In this document: in pieces, positions 40,261 to 51,106 of the stretch
Layout: the number at the start of each line of letters is the position of its first letter
Position numbering within the stretch: position 1 is the stretch's first letter
Source of the DNA: Gammaproteobacteria bacterium
Lineage (GTDB): Bacteria; Pseudomonadota; Gammaproteobacteria; Arenicellales; Poriferihabitantaceae
Direction of reading: 5' to 3'
Assembly: GCA_009842505.1 (NCBI GenBank)
Contig: VYFG01000129.1
Coordinates: 1,166 to 65,165, forward strand
DNA length: 64,000 bases
Position numbers and translations under genes: made by a program
The notes under the pieces: model-generated
Told to the model about the DNA's origin: nothing
The model's input: the letters and a program-made list of their open reading frames with translations, nothing else
The model's database searches: none

Positions 40261-41967
40261 TCACTGCAGCCGATGGCCCCGGTACAGGGATTCCAGCGCC
40301 CTGAACTCCGCATTTCCCAGGGTGCCGGCGAGATCCAGCACCAGCGAGTGGGCATAGAAATCACCGAGATCAAGATTCACCCCGATTCCCCGGAGTTCGA
40401 CCTCGCCGCCGCCCTCCAGCCGCTGTATCACGTCCCGCAGGTGACCGTCCAGGAATCCGGGCGGATTGTGATGACCCGTGGCACTGTCCATGGGCGCGCC
40501 GTCCGAGATCATCACCAGGCAATGGCGATTGGCCTCGCGGGCGATGAGCCGCCCGGCCGCCCATTCCAGGGCTTCGCCATCCAGCCCTTCACGAAAGTGG
40601 TTCGTCGACAGCAGTGCCGCAATGCCTTCCCGGGCGCGGCGCCAGGGGGTTGCGGCATCCTTGTAGACCACGTGCAGCCGGTCATTGAGCCGGCCCGGGG
40701 ATTCCGGGCTTCCGGCCCTGCGCCAGGCCTCGATGGATTGCCCCCCGGTCCAGCCGCCGGTGGTGAAGCCAAGGATCTCGTTCGGTACGCCGGCCAGATC
40801 CAGGGCGCGGCTGTAGATATCCACCAGCACCGCCACCGCCTCATACCGCAGGCGCTTCATGGAACCTGAATTGTCAATGAGGAAACTGACCACGGTCTCG
40901 GCCCTGGGCACCCGTTGCCGTTGACGAAAGATGCGGCTGTAGGCCGGGTTGGCAACGATCTGGGACAATCGCCTCCCGTCCAGGTACCCGTCTTCCTCGC
41001 CGAAGTTCCAGCCGGCATACTCGGGCGCCGAAAACAGGGTTTTCAGCCGCTGGGCGAGCCTGGGCACGCTGACGGCCTGGGCCTTCACCAGCCGGTCCAG
41101 CTCCGCCCGCAGCACCCGCCGCCGGGACGCCAGCGGCACCACCTCCCGGGCACCGACTTCGCGGTCGTGGTCCCGGCAGAAAACGCGGTACCGGCCGCCG
41201 GACTCACCAGGCTGCCCGGGCCCGGTTCCGGCCCAGGCGCCGGCCGCATCCGTGTACCGCTCATCAACCGAATGCTGGCGCGGCAGCAGCATCCGTTGGG
41301 CGGTCCGGGCAGTCTGTCGTTCCACGCCGCCGAGGGCATCGGCGATGTCCCCGGCCACCTGCGCGATGGTGAGGGCATGCTGCGCGTAGGCATGCTGGTC
41401 ATGCCGCAGGCGGGGCAATACCTTCAGCGCGTCTCCGATCAGCGGCCCGAGACGGAAACGGGTGGACTCGATGAGCCCCTCCACCTCCTCGTCCTGCGCG
41501 GCCCCGGTCAGGCGCGAGCGCACGATCTGGGTGATGCTGTATACGACCAGGCCGAACTCGTTTTCCGCGAATCCCGAGGCCCGGCTCTTGCGGCACCATT
41601 CGTTGAATGCATCGTCGAGATTGCGCCGAAGGCCCCTCAGTCCCTGCGGCGCCAGGCTTTCCACCCGGAGCTGTTCCAGGATATCGAACACCATGGCAGC
41701 GGCAGCGTTCGGAGGCATCAGCGACCCGTGCAGTTCGAGGTCCGTATGGATCAACCGCAGGGCCATGGCATCGGCCACGCCGCGGCACCGGACCAGGGAA
41801 TCCCGGCCGACGTCCAGGGCCAGATGCGGACTCATGAGGGCCACGCCGCGATTGCCGTCGAACAACAGGTCCCGCCGGAATTCCGCAGCCGGATGCGCCG
41901 CCAGCGCCCGAATGGCCGCGGCGCAATGACGCTCGATGTGGCGTTTGCGGACCTGTTCGCCGCTCAA
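40261..41967 (-). CDS. cobT: CobT-type VWA subunit (aerobic cobaltochelatase CobT family)
   Basis: 568 aa. The CobT-like N-terminus reads AAIRALA...RGVADAMALRLIHTD. The C-terminal VWA has the MIDAS motif DNSGSM. It lies immediately downstream of cobS. Confidence 0.8.
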   Translation of the reverse strand: MSGEQVRKRHIERHCAAAIRALAAHPAAEFRRDLLFDGNRGVALMSPHLALDVGRDSLVRCRGVADAMALRLIHTDLELHGSLMPPNAAAAMVFDILEQLRVESLAPQGLRGLRRNLDDAFNEWCRKSRASGFAENEFGLVVYSITQIVRSRLTGAAQDEEVEGLIESTRFRLGPLIGDALKVLPRLRHDQHAYAQHALTIAQVAGDIADALGGVERQTARTAQRMLLPRQHSVDERYTDAAGAWAGTGPGQPGESGGRYRVFCRDHDREVGAREVVPLASRRRVLRAELDRLVKAQAVSVPRLAQRLKTLFSAPEYAGWNFGEEDGYLDGRRLSQIVANPAYSRIFRQRQRVPRAETVVSFLIDNSGSMKRLRYEAVAVLVDIYSRALDLAGVPNEILGFTTGGWTGGQSIEAWRRAGSPESPGRLNDRLHVVYKDAATPWRRAREGIAALLSTNHFREGLDGEALEWAAGRLIAREANRHCLVMISDGAPMDSATGHHNPPGFLDGHLRDVIQRLEGGGEVELRGIGVNLDLGDFYAHSLVLDLAGTLGNAEFRALESLYRGHRLQ

Positions 41968-41994
41968 GGGGACATTCCCGATCCGGCGCCGAGC

Positions 41995-42951
41995 CTATGG
42001 CCCGACGGCGATGGAGTATTCCAGTTCCTCGCCCATGGCGCGCTGGTAGTACTCCGCGATGATGGAGCGTTCGGCGTCATCGCATTTGTTCAGGAACGAA
42101 AGGCGGAAAGCACGGGCCATGTCGCCGAAAATCTCCGTGTTCTCCGCCCAGGTGATCACCGTGCGCGGCGACATGACTGTGGAGATGTCCCCCGCGGCGA
42201 AGCCCTTGCGGGTGAGATCCGCCACCGCCACCATGCTTTCGACGACGTCCCGGCGATTCCCGAACGACGGCACCTGCGCCAGCACGATGCGGACCTCGTC
42301 CGAGGCATCAAGGTAGTTCAGCGTGGTGACGATGTTCCACCGGTCCACCTGGGCCTGGTTCAGTACCTGGGTGCCGTGATAGAGGCTGTTCAGGTTGCCG
42401 AGGCCCACGGTATTGGCCGTGGCGAACAGACGGAACGCCGGATGGGGATTGATCACCCGGTTCTGGTCCAGCAGGGTGAATTTCCCGTTCCGCTCCAGAA
42501 TCCGCTGGATCACGAACATGACATCGGGCCGCCCGGCGTCAAATTCGTCGAAGATCAATGCCACCGGCCTTTGCAGCGCCCAGGGGATCATGCCCTCCTG
42601 GAATTCCGTCACCTGGCGGCCCTCGCGGATTGCGATCACATCCCGCCCCACCAGGTCCAGCCGGCTGATGTGGCCGTCCAGGTTCACCCGCACGCAGGGC
42701 CAGTTGAGCCTGGCTGCGACCTGCTCGACATGGGTGGACTTCCCCGTGCCGTGGAAGCCCTGAACCATGACCCGGCGGTCATTGATGAATCCGGCCAGGA
42801 TGGCCAGGGTTACGTCCGGATTGAAGCAGTAGGCCGGATCGATCTCCGGAACATGGGCGTCGCGCTCGCTGAACGCGGGCACCTCCAGGTCGGCTTCAAT
42901 GCCGAATACCTTCCGGGCGGACACGGCCTTGTCCGGAATGAGCTCAATCAT
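41995..42951 (-). CDS. cobS: CobS-type MoxR-class AAA+ ATPase
   Basis: 318 aa. Walker [10 protein letters not shown] and Walker [14 protein letters not shown] are present. The length is CobS-typical and it pairs with cobT. Confidence 0.85.
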   Translation of the reverse strand: MIELIPDKAVSARKVFGIEADLEVPAFSERDAHVPEIDPAYCFNPDVTLAILAGFINDRRVMVQGFHGTGKSTHVEQVAARLNWPCVRVNLDGHISRLDLVGRDVIAIREGRQVTEFQEGMIPWALQRPVALIFDEFDAGRPDVMFVIQRILERNGKFTLLDQNRVINPHPAFRLFATANTVGLGNLNSLYHGTQVLNQAQVDRWNIVTTLNYLDASDEVRIVLAQVPSFGNRRDVVESMVAVADLTRKGFAAGDISTVMSPRTVITWAENTEIFGDMARAFRLSFLNKCDDAERSIIAEYYQRAMGEELEYSIAVGP

Positions 42952-43026
42952 GTCTGGGGGATCGGGTCAGGGCGGATGAAGGCGGCGATTGTACCGCCTT
43001 TATCGTCGCCGGCACTGCCGCCGGGC

Positions 43027-43064
43027 TGCACCAGGGCGCACCATCGATGCACCATCATTGTGCA
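43027..43064 (+). promoter_or_regulatory. Putative NtrC enhancer sites upstream of glnK
   Basis: TGCACCATCATTGTGCA (43048-43064) closely matches the TGCACC-N5-GGTGCA dyad. TGCACCAGGGCGCACCA (43027-43043) is a second, weaker dyad. Both lie about 65-100 nt upstream of the sigma-54 promoter, with an AT-rich tract in between. Confidence 0.6.
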
Positions 43065-43119
43065 GACGAACTTCCGCAAAGGATATTAAGTCATCTATCC
43101 TATTGATTATAAAAAATAA

Positions 43120-43539
<420 letters not shown>

Positions 43540-43557
43540 TCAGAGAGGACAACTACC

Positions 43558-44829
43558 GTGGAAAACAACCTATTTCATTTACAGTACGCCATCGACACGT
43601 TCTACTTCCTGGTCTGCGGCGCTCTTGTCATGTGGATGGCCGCCGGCTTTTCGATGCTCGAAGCCGGCATGGTGCGTGCCAAGAACACCACCGAAATCCT
43701 GACCAAGAACATGGCCCTCTACGCCATTTCCTGCATCATGTACCTGGTTTGCGGCTATGCCATCATGTACGGCGGCGAATGGTTCCTGGCCGGCATGGGG
43801 GACATCGATACCGACGGTGTGCTCGCGGAATTCGCCGCCCGCGAGGACGGCTTCACCGGCGGTTCCATCTATTCCGGCGCGTCCGACTTCTTCTTCCAGG
43901 TCGTCTTCGTGGCCACCGCGATGTCCATCGTTTCCGGGGCCGTGGCGGAACGGATGAAGCTCTGGGCGTTCCTCCTGTTCGCCGTGGTGATGACCGCGGT
44001 CATCTACCCCGTCGAGGGCGGCTGGACCTGGGGCGGCAATGCCGTGTTCGGAATGTACAGCCTGGGTGACCTGGGCTTCAGCGATTTCGCGGGCTCGGGC
44101 ATCGTGCACATGGCCGGCGCCACCGCCGCGCTTGCCGGCGTGATCCTTCTCGGGCCTCGCCAGGGCAAGTACGGCAGGGACGGCAGCATCCGCGCCATGC
44201 CCGGCGCCAACATGCCGCTCGCCACGGTCGGCACCTTCATCCTGTGGATGGGATGGTTCGGTTTCAACGGCGGTTCGGTATTGAAACTCGGCGACATCAG
44301 CAACGCCCACGCGGTCGCGATGGTGTTCCTGAACACCAATACGGCCGCCGCGGGCGGCGCCGTCGCCGCCCTGGTCGTTGCCAGGCTCCTGTACGGCAAG
44401 GCCGACCTCACCATGCTGCTGAACGGCGCCCTCGCAGGACTGGTGACCATCACCGCGGAGCCCTCCACCCCGACTGCCCTCGTCGCCACCTTGTGGGGCG
44501 GGCTCGGCGGTGTGCTGGTGGTCTTCAGCATCCGGCTGCTGGACAAACTGCGAATCGATGATCCGGTGGGCGCCATTTCCGTCCATGGCACCTGCGGACT
44601 GCTCGGCCTGCTCCTGGTGCCGCTGACCAATGACGGCGCCACCTTCCTTGGCCAGATCATCGGTGCCGCCACCATCATCGTCTGGGTGTTCGCCGCGAGC
44701 TCCGTCGTCTGGCTGGTGCTCAAGCACTCCATCGGCATCCGTGTCGGCGAGGAGGACGAATACGAGGGCATGGACATGGCGGACTGCGGCATCGAGGCCT
44801 ATCCGGAGTTCACCCGCACGATCGTCTGA
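43558..44829 (+). CDS. amtB: Ammonium transporter AmtB
   Basis: 423 aa with a GTG start. Amt signatures DFAGSGIVHMAG and ...AISVHGTCGLLG are present. Confidence 0.95.
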   Translation: MENNLFHLQYAIDTFYFLVCGALVMWMAAGFSMLEAGMVRAKNTTEILTKNMALYAISCIMYLVCGYAIMYGGEWFLAGMGDIDTDGVLAEFAAREDGFTGGSIYSGASDFFFQVVFVATAMSIVSGAVAERMKLWAFLLFAVVMTAVIYPVEGGWTWGGNAVFGMYSLGDLGFSDFAGSGIVHMAGATAALAGVILLGPRQGKYGRDGSIRAMPGANMPLATVGTFILWMGWFGFNGGSVLKLGDISNAHAVAMVFLNTNTAAAGGAVAALVVARLLYGKADLTMLLNGALAGLVTITAEPSTPTALVATLWGGLGGVLVVFSIRLLDKLRIDDPVGAISVHGTCGLLGLLLVPLTNDGATFLGQIIGAATIIVWVFAASSVVWLVLKHSIGIRVGEEDEYEGMDMADCGIEAYPEFTRTIV

Positions 44830-44860
44830 CACCGGCACGGTTCAGTCACCGGCATTTCCC

Positions 44861-44889
44861 GCCCCCTCTTCGCGAGGGGGCTTTTTCTT
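44861..44889 (+). terminator. Intrinsic terminator of glnK-amtB
   Basis: GCCCCCTC-TTCGC-GAGGGGGC is followed by TTTTTCTT. Confidence 0.85.
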
Positions 44890-44979
44890 GATGCCCGTTG
44901 CCGCGCCCTGCGGCCATGCCGTCACCGGCTGCGCGTTCATCCCCTACAATAGCCCATTTCCGGGCATTGGAACCGCAGA

Positions 44980-46047
44980 ATGACCGAGTCCACGAATTTC
45001 GACCATGCCGCCCCGGCAACCATCGGCGTCCTGCTGACGAATCTGGGCACCCCCGCCGATCCGACGCCGGGCGCCATCAGGCGTTTCCTGAAGGAGTTTC
45101 TCAGCGACCCCAGGGTAGTGGAACTGCCACGGGTTCTGTGGTGGCCGATACTGAACGGCGTGATCCTGAATACCCGTCCAAGGCGCAAGGCCAAAGACTA
45201 TGCCGAGATCTGGGGAGAGGAGGGGGCGCCGCTCCTGGCAATTTCCATCCGCCAGACGGAGGCGCTGCAGGCCGCGCTCTCGGAACAGCCGGTGTCGGTG
45301 GAGCTGGCCATGCGCTACGGCAATCCCTCCATTGCCAGCGGCCTGGCGCGGCTCAGGCGGCGCGGAGCGACGCATGTCCTCGTGCTGCCCCTGTACCCGC
45401 AGTACTCGGCCACCACCACGGCCACCACGTTCGACGCCGTGGCAGCGGCACTCATACCGGAACGCCGGCTGCCGGAACTGCGTTTCGTCAACCACTATCA
45501 CGACGACGATGCCTATATCGGCGCCCTGGCGGACAGCGTGCAGGCCCACCGCAGCCGGCACGGCAGTCCGGACCTGCTGCTGATGTCCTTTCACGGCATC
45601 CCCCGGGAATATTTCGACAAGGGCGATCCCTATCACTGCGAATGCCAGAAGACCGCCCGACTGCTGGCGGAGCAGCTCGGACTCGCCGCAGACGAGTGGC
45701 AGGTCAGCTTCCAGTCGCGCCTGGGGCCGAAACAGTGGCTGCAGCCCTACACCGACGCGACCCTGCGCCAACTTGCGGCGGACGGCGTCCGTTCCGTGCA
45801 GGTCATCTGCCCCGGGTTCAGCGCCGACTGCCTGGAGACCCTGGAGGAGATCGCGATCCAGAACCGGGACACGTTCCTGGGGGCGGGCGGTGAACGCTTC
45901 GAATACATCCCCTGCCTCAACGACACCCCGGCGCATATCGGGATGATGAAACAACTGGTGCTCCGGCATATCCAGGGCTGGCCCACCGAATTCGGTCCGA
46001 CCGGGGAAACCAAACGGCGGGCCATGTCCCTGGGTGCGCCCGCATAG
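44980..46047 (+). CDS. hemH: Ferrochelatase
   Basis: 355 aa. IGVLLTNLGTP...FLKEFLSDPRVVE N-terminus and LPLYPQYSATT are present. Confidence 0.9.
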   Translation: MTESTNFDHAAPATIGVLLTNLGTPADPTPGAIRRFLKEFLSDPRVVELPRVLWWPILNGVILNTRPRRKAKDYAEIWGEEGAPLLAISIRQTEALQAALSEQPVSVELAMRYGNPSIASGLARLRRRGATHVLVLPLYPQYSATTTATTFDAVAAALIPERRLPELRFVNHYHDDDAYIGALADSVQAHRSRHGSPDLLLMSFHGIPREYFDKGDPYHCECQKTARLLAEQLGLAADEWQVSFQSRLGPKQWLQPYTDATLRQLAADGVRSVQVICPGFSADCLETLEEIAIQNRDTFLGAGGERFEYIPCLNDTPAHIGMMKQLVLRHIQGWPTEFGPTGETKRRAMSLGAPA

Positions 46048-46309
46048 TTCCGAAGGAACGGCAGGCATATGAAGGCATCGATCGCCCAGCGGCTTCCCCG
46101 CCGGACGGCCCGCCATGACTCCGCCATTCGGCTGAACGGCGGTCCCGGAGCATCATGATCTGGCAGAATGGCGGCGCCTCGGGATCGGTCATGGCCGGGT
46201 ATCTTCGGCTCCGGACCGTTGGCGCTTTCGAGATTACGGCGGCCCGCCCCTCCCGCATGCCGGGCAGGACGGCGGGCCGGGCAGTTGTTCGCAGTCAATG
46301 AGGGGTTCC

Positions 46310-46759
46310 ATGCGAGTTCTGTTACAACGGGTGCGTACCGCGTCGGTGGAGGCCGGCGGCGAGCAGGTGGCGAAAATCGGTCCCGGGCTCCTGTTGCTGG
46401 TCGGTTTCGGCGAAGCGGACAGGGGCGACTGGCAATCGAAAATCGACCGCGCCGCGGAGAAGCTGGTGAACCTGCGGGTCTTCGCCAATGACCGGGGCAG
46501 GCTGGATCATTCCGTCGTCGACATCCACGGCGACATCCTCGCGGTGCCCCAGTTCACCCTGTACGGGAAAAGCCACAAGGGACGGCGGCCGGACTTCACC
46601 GACGCCATGGATCCGGCGGTCGCCTCACCGGCCTTCGACGCCTTCAGGACGGCGCTGGAATCGGCCCTGGGGAAGACTGTTCCCGCCGGCGTGTTCGGCG
46701 CCGAAATGCAGGTCACCTTGGTGAACGACGGCCCTCTCACCCTGCAATTCGAATTCTGA
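46310..46759 (+). CDS. dtd: D-aminoacyl-tRNA deacylase
   Basis: 149 aa from the ATG at 46310 (MRVLLQRV...), preceded by GAGGGG. SQFTLYG-like PQFTLYGK and the NDGPLT motif are present. Confidence 0.9.
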   Translation: MRVLLQRVRTASVEAGGEQVAKIGPGLLLLVGFGEADRGDWQSKIDRAAEKLVNLRVFANDRGRLDHSVVDIHGDILAVPQFTLYGKSHKGRRPDFTDAMDPAVASPAFDAFRTALESALGKTVPAGVFGAEMQVTLVNDGPLTLQFEF

Positions 46760-48519
46760 TGACAACCGCCCAAGGCCCGGAACAGCCGCTCAGTCACCGC
46801 GTCGCGGAGACCATTCTCGAGGGCTTCAACCGCCATTTCCAGCTGTTTCAGGAAATCACCCGCGCCGCCAGGGACCGCTTCGAGCAGTCCGACTGGGAAG
46901 GCGAGAGCAATGCCCGCAAGGAACGGATCTACTATTACGACCAACGGGTCAACGAGGCCATCGACCAGCTCCGGAGCCGCTTCGAACTCACGCCCTTCGA
47001 CACGACGCTGTGGCAGGACGTCAAGCGCTGGTACCTCTGGCTTTTGTACAACCACGACCAGCCGGAACTGGCGGAGACCTTCTACAATTCCGTGTTTTGC
47101 CGGCTGTTCGACAGCGCCTACTTCAACAACGACTACATTTTCGTCAAGCCGGGAACGGCGGTGGAGTTTCTCGACCTGGACCACCCGGTATACACCAGCT
47201 TCTATCCGGACAGCCAGGGTCTGGAGACCTGCCTCGGACAGGTCCTGACGTCCTTCGGCCTGGGCCGTCCCTGGCAGGACATCGACCGCGATGTCAGGCT
47301 CCTGGCGGACGACCTGCGCCCCACCCTGGAATATGCGCTGAAACCGGCCCCCCACCGCCAGTTCCATGTGGCCTCGAGCCTGTTTTTCCGAAACAAGGCG
47401 GCCTACATCGTCTGCCGGGCCATGATCGGGCTGGAAATGCAACCCTTCGTGATACCGGTCCTGATCAACGAGGACTTCGAACTGTACGTGGACACGGTCA
47501 TCACCGATGTCAACGACCTCGCCCTGATCTTCAGTTTCACCCGGGCCTATTTCATGGTGGACACCGATGTGCCGTCAGGCCTGGTGGGCTTCCTGAAAAG
47601 CCTGTTGCCGACCAAGACCCCTGCCGATCTGTATACCTGCATCGGCTTCCAGAAACAGGGCAAGACCCTGTTTTACCGTGAATTCCTGCATCACCTGGAA
47701 CATTCCTCCGACAAGCTGGTCATCGCCCCGGGCATCAAGGGCATGGTAATGAGCGTGTTCACCCTGCCCTCCTTTCCCTACGTGTTCAAGGTGATCAAGG
47801 ACCAATTCGCGCCGCCCAAGAACATGGACCGCGCGACCGTGAAGCAGAAATACCAGATGGTGAAGATGCATGACCGGGTGGGCCGCATGGCGGACACCCT
47901 GGAATTCTCCCATGTCGCATTCCCGCTGTCCCGGTTCTCCGATGAACTGCTGGAGGAACTGCAGGACTCCATCGCCGACAGCCTGATCCTCGAGAACGAC
48001 TACGTGGTGATCCGGCACCTCTACATCGAACGGCGCATGGTGCCGTTTAATATCTACCTGGATCATGCCGAAGACGAGCTGCTGGACGCGTCGGTGATCA
48101 GCTACGGCAACGCGGTGAAGGAAATGATCGCCGCCAATATCTTTCCCGGGGACATGCTGCTGAAGAACTTCGGCGTGACCAGGCATGGGCGCGTGGTGTT
48201 CTACGACTACGATGAGATCTGCCACATGGACGATATCCGGATCCGCGCCATTCCCGAGGCCCGGACCCCGGAACAGGAACTCTCAGCGGAGCCCTGGTAC
48301 CATGTCGGCGACAACGACTTCTTCCCCGAGCAGTTCGAGAACTTCGTGGTCAATCATCCCAAGGTCCGTGAACGCTTTGTGGTGCATCACCCCGAGTTGC
48401 TCGACCCCGGCTACTGGAAGCAGGTGCAAACGGATATCCGGGAAAAGAAACGCCATGATGTCTTTCCCTACGACACCGAAAGACGGTTCATCAATCGTTA
48501 CCCCGGGATGTACCGGTAG
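46759..48519 (+). CDS. aceK: Isocitrate dehydrogenase kinase/phosphatase
   Basis: 586 aa. The AceK-typical N-terminus (ILEGFNRHFQLFQEITRAARDRFE) and length fit. The ATG overlaps the dtd stop (TGATGA). Confidence 0.9.
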   Translation: MTTAQGPEQPLSHRVAETILEGFNRHFQLFQEITRAARDRFEQSDWEGESNARKERIYYYDQRVNEAIDQLRSRFELTPFDTTLWQDVKRWYLWLLYNHDQPELAETFYNSVFCRLFDSAYFNNDYIFVKPGTAVEFLDLDHPVYTSFYPDSQGLETCLGQVLTSFGLGRPWQDIDRDVRLLADDLRPTLEYALKPAPHRQFHVASSLFFRNKAAYIVCRAMIGLEMQPFVIPVLINEDFELYVDTVITDVNDLALIFSFTRAYFMVDTDVPSGLVGFLKSLLPTKTPADLYTCIGFQKQGKTLFYREFLHHLEHSSDKLVIAPGIKGMVMSVFTLPSFPYVFKVIKDQFAPPKNMDRATVKQKYQMVKMHDRVGRMADTLEFSHVAFPLSRFSDELLEELQDSIADSLILENDYVVIRHLYIERRMVPFNIYLDHAEDELLDASVISYGNAVKEMIAANIFPGDMLLKNFGVTRHGRVVFYDYDEICHMDDIRIRAIPEARTPEQELSAEPWYHVGDNDFFPEQFENFVVNHPKVRERFVVHHPELLDPGYWKQVQTDIREKKRHDVFPYDTERRFINRYPGMYR

Positions 48520-48521
48520 CC

Positions 48522-48580
48522 GGAATACCCGATTGGAGAACCCGGCCGGCATGGCCGGTCACGACGCCGTCCGGTATTCC
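48522..48580. terminator. Nested inverted repeats between convergent aceK and dksA (possible bidirectional terminator)
   Basis: The outer stem pairs GGAATACC with GGTATTCC (8 bp). The inner stem is CCGGCC-GGCAT-GGCCGG. There is no clear T/A tract. Confidence 0.3.
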
Positions 48581-48608
48581 CGCCGCGGCCGGACCCGCGC
48601 AAGGCCGG

Positions 48609-49043
48609 TTACGAGAGCTGCCGCTCCCGGATTTCGTCAATGGTCTTGCAGTCGATGCAAAGCCTGGCGGTAGGGCGCGCCTCGAGGCGCTTGAGGCCGA
48701 TTTCCTCCCCGCAGTTCTCACAGAAACCGTAATCGCCGGATTTGAGGTAGGCGATCGTGTCCTCGATCTTGCGAATCAGTTTCCGGTCGCGGTCACGGCC
48801 ACGCAATTCCAGGGCCATGTCGGTTTCCTGGCTGGCGCGGTCCGTGAGGTCCGGGTAATTCGCGGTCTCGTCCTGCATATGGACCACGGTGCGGGAGGTC
48901 TCGTCCTTCAGTTCCTTGAGCCATCCGTTGAGTATCTGGCGAAAGTGTTCGATCTGACCCGGTCCCATGTACTCTTCATTCCTTTTCGGCTTGTAGGGAG
49001 GAACACCATGGATCAGGACTGCGGGTTTCTTCCTGGTTGGCAT
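48609..49043 (-). CDS. dksA: DksA-family RNA polymerase-binding zinc-finger protein
   Basis: 144 aa from the ATG at 49043 (MPTRKKP...). The C4 finger reads CENCGEEI...CIDCKT and coiled-coil acidic-tip context is present. Confidence 0.85.
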   Translation of the reverse strand: MPTRKKPAVLIHGVPPYKPKRNEEYMGPGQIEHFRQILNGWLKELKDETSRTVVHMQDETANYPDLTDRASQETDMALELRGRDRDRKLIRKIEDTIAYLKSGDYGFCENCGEEIGLKRLEARPTARLCIDCKTIDEIRERQLS

Positions 49044-49181
49044 GTACTGGTCGTTTTGTCTTTTTTGAGTGGTTGCCCGGGCCATGCGGTCGATCGCTCC
49101 GGGGCCGGAAAAATCAGGCGCTGCGTTATACCAAAACCCTTTCCGAGATGCAATGAAATTATCCGTGCACCCCGGGCGCTG

Positions 49182-49478
49182 TCACTTCCCGGCACGACGC
49201 CGGCGGCGAGCCTCGGCACGCATCCGGCGCGCATCGGCGGGGCTCGCGTGCAGCGGACGGTAGATCTCCACCCGGTCATGCGCCTGCACCGGGTGATCAA
49301 GTGCCATGCAGCGGCCGAAGATACCCACCATCCTGTCTTCCAGCACGATCTCCGGGAAGCGCTCCAGGATGCCGGACAGCCGAATGGCATCTTGAATGGT
49401 CGCCGCCGGTTCCACGTTCACGGGGATGACCACCTGTTCGTCCGGCAGGGCGTAGACCACCTCGATCTCGATGCCCAT
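49182..49478 (-). CDS. RnfH-family ubiquitin-fold protein (UPF0125, RatB/YfjF-like)
   Basis: 98 aa from the ATG at 49478 ([15 protein letters not shown]...). Its start codon overlaps the stop codon of the upstream ratA (49478). Confidence 0.8.
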   Translation of the reverse strand: MGIEIEVVYALPDEQVVIPVNVEPAATIQDAIRLSGILERFPEIVLEDRMVGIFGRCMALDHPVQAHDRVEIYRPLHASPADARRMRAEARRRRRAGK

Positions 49479-49918
49479 CAGCCCCGCCGTTCCGCCAGTT
49501 CGTCCGCACGCCTGCAGAAGGACTCCACCATCGAATCCGCGATCAGCCTGAAAACCGGTCCCACCGCCGCCTCCACGACCCGGTTGGAGAATCCGAAACT
49601 GAGCGACAGCGAGATCCGGGAGGCCTCCGGGGAAATGGCCTTGAAGGTCCACGTGCCGGACAGGTCGCTGAACGGGCCGTCCACCAGCACCATTTCCATT
49701 CGCTGGTCATCAACCATGGTGTTGCGGGTGGTGAACGATCTCTTCAGGCCCTTGAAAGCGATATCCACCGAGGCCGTGTAGCCCCTGTCATCCCGGGAAA
49801 GCACGCGCGCCCCCCCGCACCAGGGCAGAAACTCCTGATAGCGATCGACGTCGTTGACGAGTTCGCTCAGATGCGCGGCAGGATGCATCACCAGCGCCGA
49901 GCGCTCCACCTGGTACAT
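49478..49918 (-). CDS. ratA: SRPBCC/Coq10-like protein (RatA/YfjG family)
   Basis: 146 aa. The arrangement, divergent from smpB and followed by the RnfH-family gene, is conserved. Confidence 0.8.
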   Translation of the reverse strand: MYQVERSALVMHPAAHLSELVNDVDRYQEFLPWCGGARVLSRDDRGYTASVDIAFKGLKRSFTTRNTMVDDQRMEMVLVDGPFSDLSGTWTFKAISPEASRISLSLSFGFSNRVVEAAVGPVFRLIADSMVESFCRRADELAERRG

Positions 49919-50002
49919 TCGGGGAAGACCGCATTGCAGGGAACTCTGGATTATACTTCAGCCCCCCCATTCGCAGTGCTCGGGGAATCCGCAGTCCCGA
50001 CC

Positions 50003-50473
50003 GTGGCCAAGCCCAGGAAAAAAACCGACCCCAACACCATTGCCGTCAACCGCAAGGCGACCTTCGACTATTTCATCGAGGAACCGTACGAGGCGGGCAT
50101 GGCCCTGGAAGGCTGGGAAGTCAAGAGTCTCCGGGAAGGGCGCGCCCAGCTAAAGGAAAGCTATGTGATCGTGCAAAATGGGGAAGTGTTCCTTGTCGGC
50201 GCCCATATTTCGCCCCTGATCCAGGCCAGCAGCCATATCCATCCTGATCCGACCAGGGCCCGGAAGCTTCTCCTCCACAGGAAGGAAATCAGCAAACTGA
50301 TCGGCGCCACCGAGCGCGAGGGCTACACCCTGGTGCCGCTTGCGCTCTACTGGTCAAGGGGAAAGGCCAAGTTGAGGATTGCGCTTGCAAAGGGCAAGAA
50401 ACAGCACGACAAGCGCCAGACCATCCGGCAGCGGGAATGGGAACGGGACAGGGCGAGGCTGCTGAAGCGGTAG
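50003..50473 (+). CDS. smpB: SsrA-binding protein
   Basis: 156 aa from the GTG at 50003 ([26 protein letters not shown]...). The track start at 49871 is an extension. Confidence 0.9.
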   Translation: MAKPRKKTDPNTIAVNRKATFDYFIEEPYEAGMALEGWEVKSLREGRAQLKESYVIVQNGEVFLVGAHISPLIQASSHIHPDPTRARKLLLHRKEISKLIGATEREGYTLVPLALYWSRGKAKLRIALAKGKKQHDKRQTIRQREWERDRARLLKR

Positions 50474-50545
50474 CCGCGGCCGCCGCGAGCACTTGAAATT
50501 TCCTTTTGTCACGCCACTTTCGGGTGTAGAATCGCCTATCCATAT

Positions 50546-50903
50546 GGGGGTGACTGGCTTCGACGTCGGTCGCGAAACCATCGGAGCATGCCGAGGTGCA
50601 GAGTTCCTCGCAAATCCAGCTGCACAACAATAGTTGCCAACGACGACAACTACGCACTGGCGGCTTAAGTCCCGCTAGTCCTTCCACCCGGCTCGCCTGT
50701 CGGCTTGGGCTCGGAAGGTCATTCCAGACAGGATCGCTTGCCGGCTGTGCCTGTTAGCCGGCTGCTAAAGGTAAGCAGGCTCGCCGTCCGGTAAGTTTGT
50801 CTGCCGACTGGCCGGACGGTTAACTTGAAGCGCAGACTAAGCATGTAGTTGCCGGTGAGCGTAGGGCTTGCGGACGCGGGTTCAATTCCCGCCACCTCCA
50901 CCA
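50546..50903 (+). ncRNA. ssrA: tmRNA (SsrA), tag peptide ANDDNYALAA
   Basis: The 5' GGGGGTG pairs with the 3' CACCTCC-A-CCA. The tRNA-like T-arm GCGGGTTCAATTCCCGC is present. The internal tag ORF reads GCC AAC GAC GAC AAC TAC GCA CTG GCG GCT TAA. It lies downstream of smpB. Confidence 0.9.
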
Positions 50904-50913
50904 TTTCCCGACT

Positions 50914-50939
50914 GAACATGTGCCCGATGGGCCATGTTC
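50914..50939 (+). terminator. Hairpin just after ssrA (probable terminator)
   Basis: GAACATG-T-GCCC-GAT-GGGC-CATGTTC is followed by TTCG. The T-tract is weak. Confidence 0.5.
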
Positions 50940-51106
50940 TTCGAGATGACTGCCCGGGAACAGAGACTTCCCTTCGGCTCTTGCTATCCGCCTGACTTCA
51001 GGTGGTAAAATGGGGTGTTTCGTTCTTCTGTGCCTTGCCCAACCGATGTGTTCCGGCAAGGATATTCGTTCCCGGCGCTCCGAGCGCCGATTTGGAAATC
51101 CGGATA

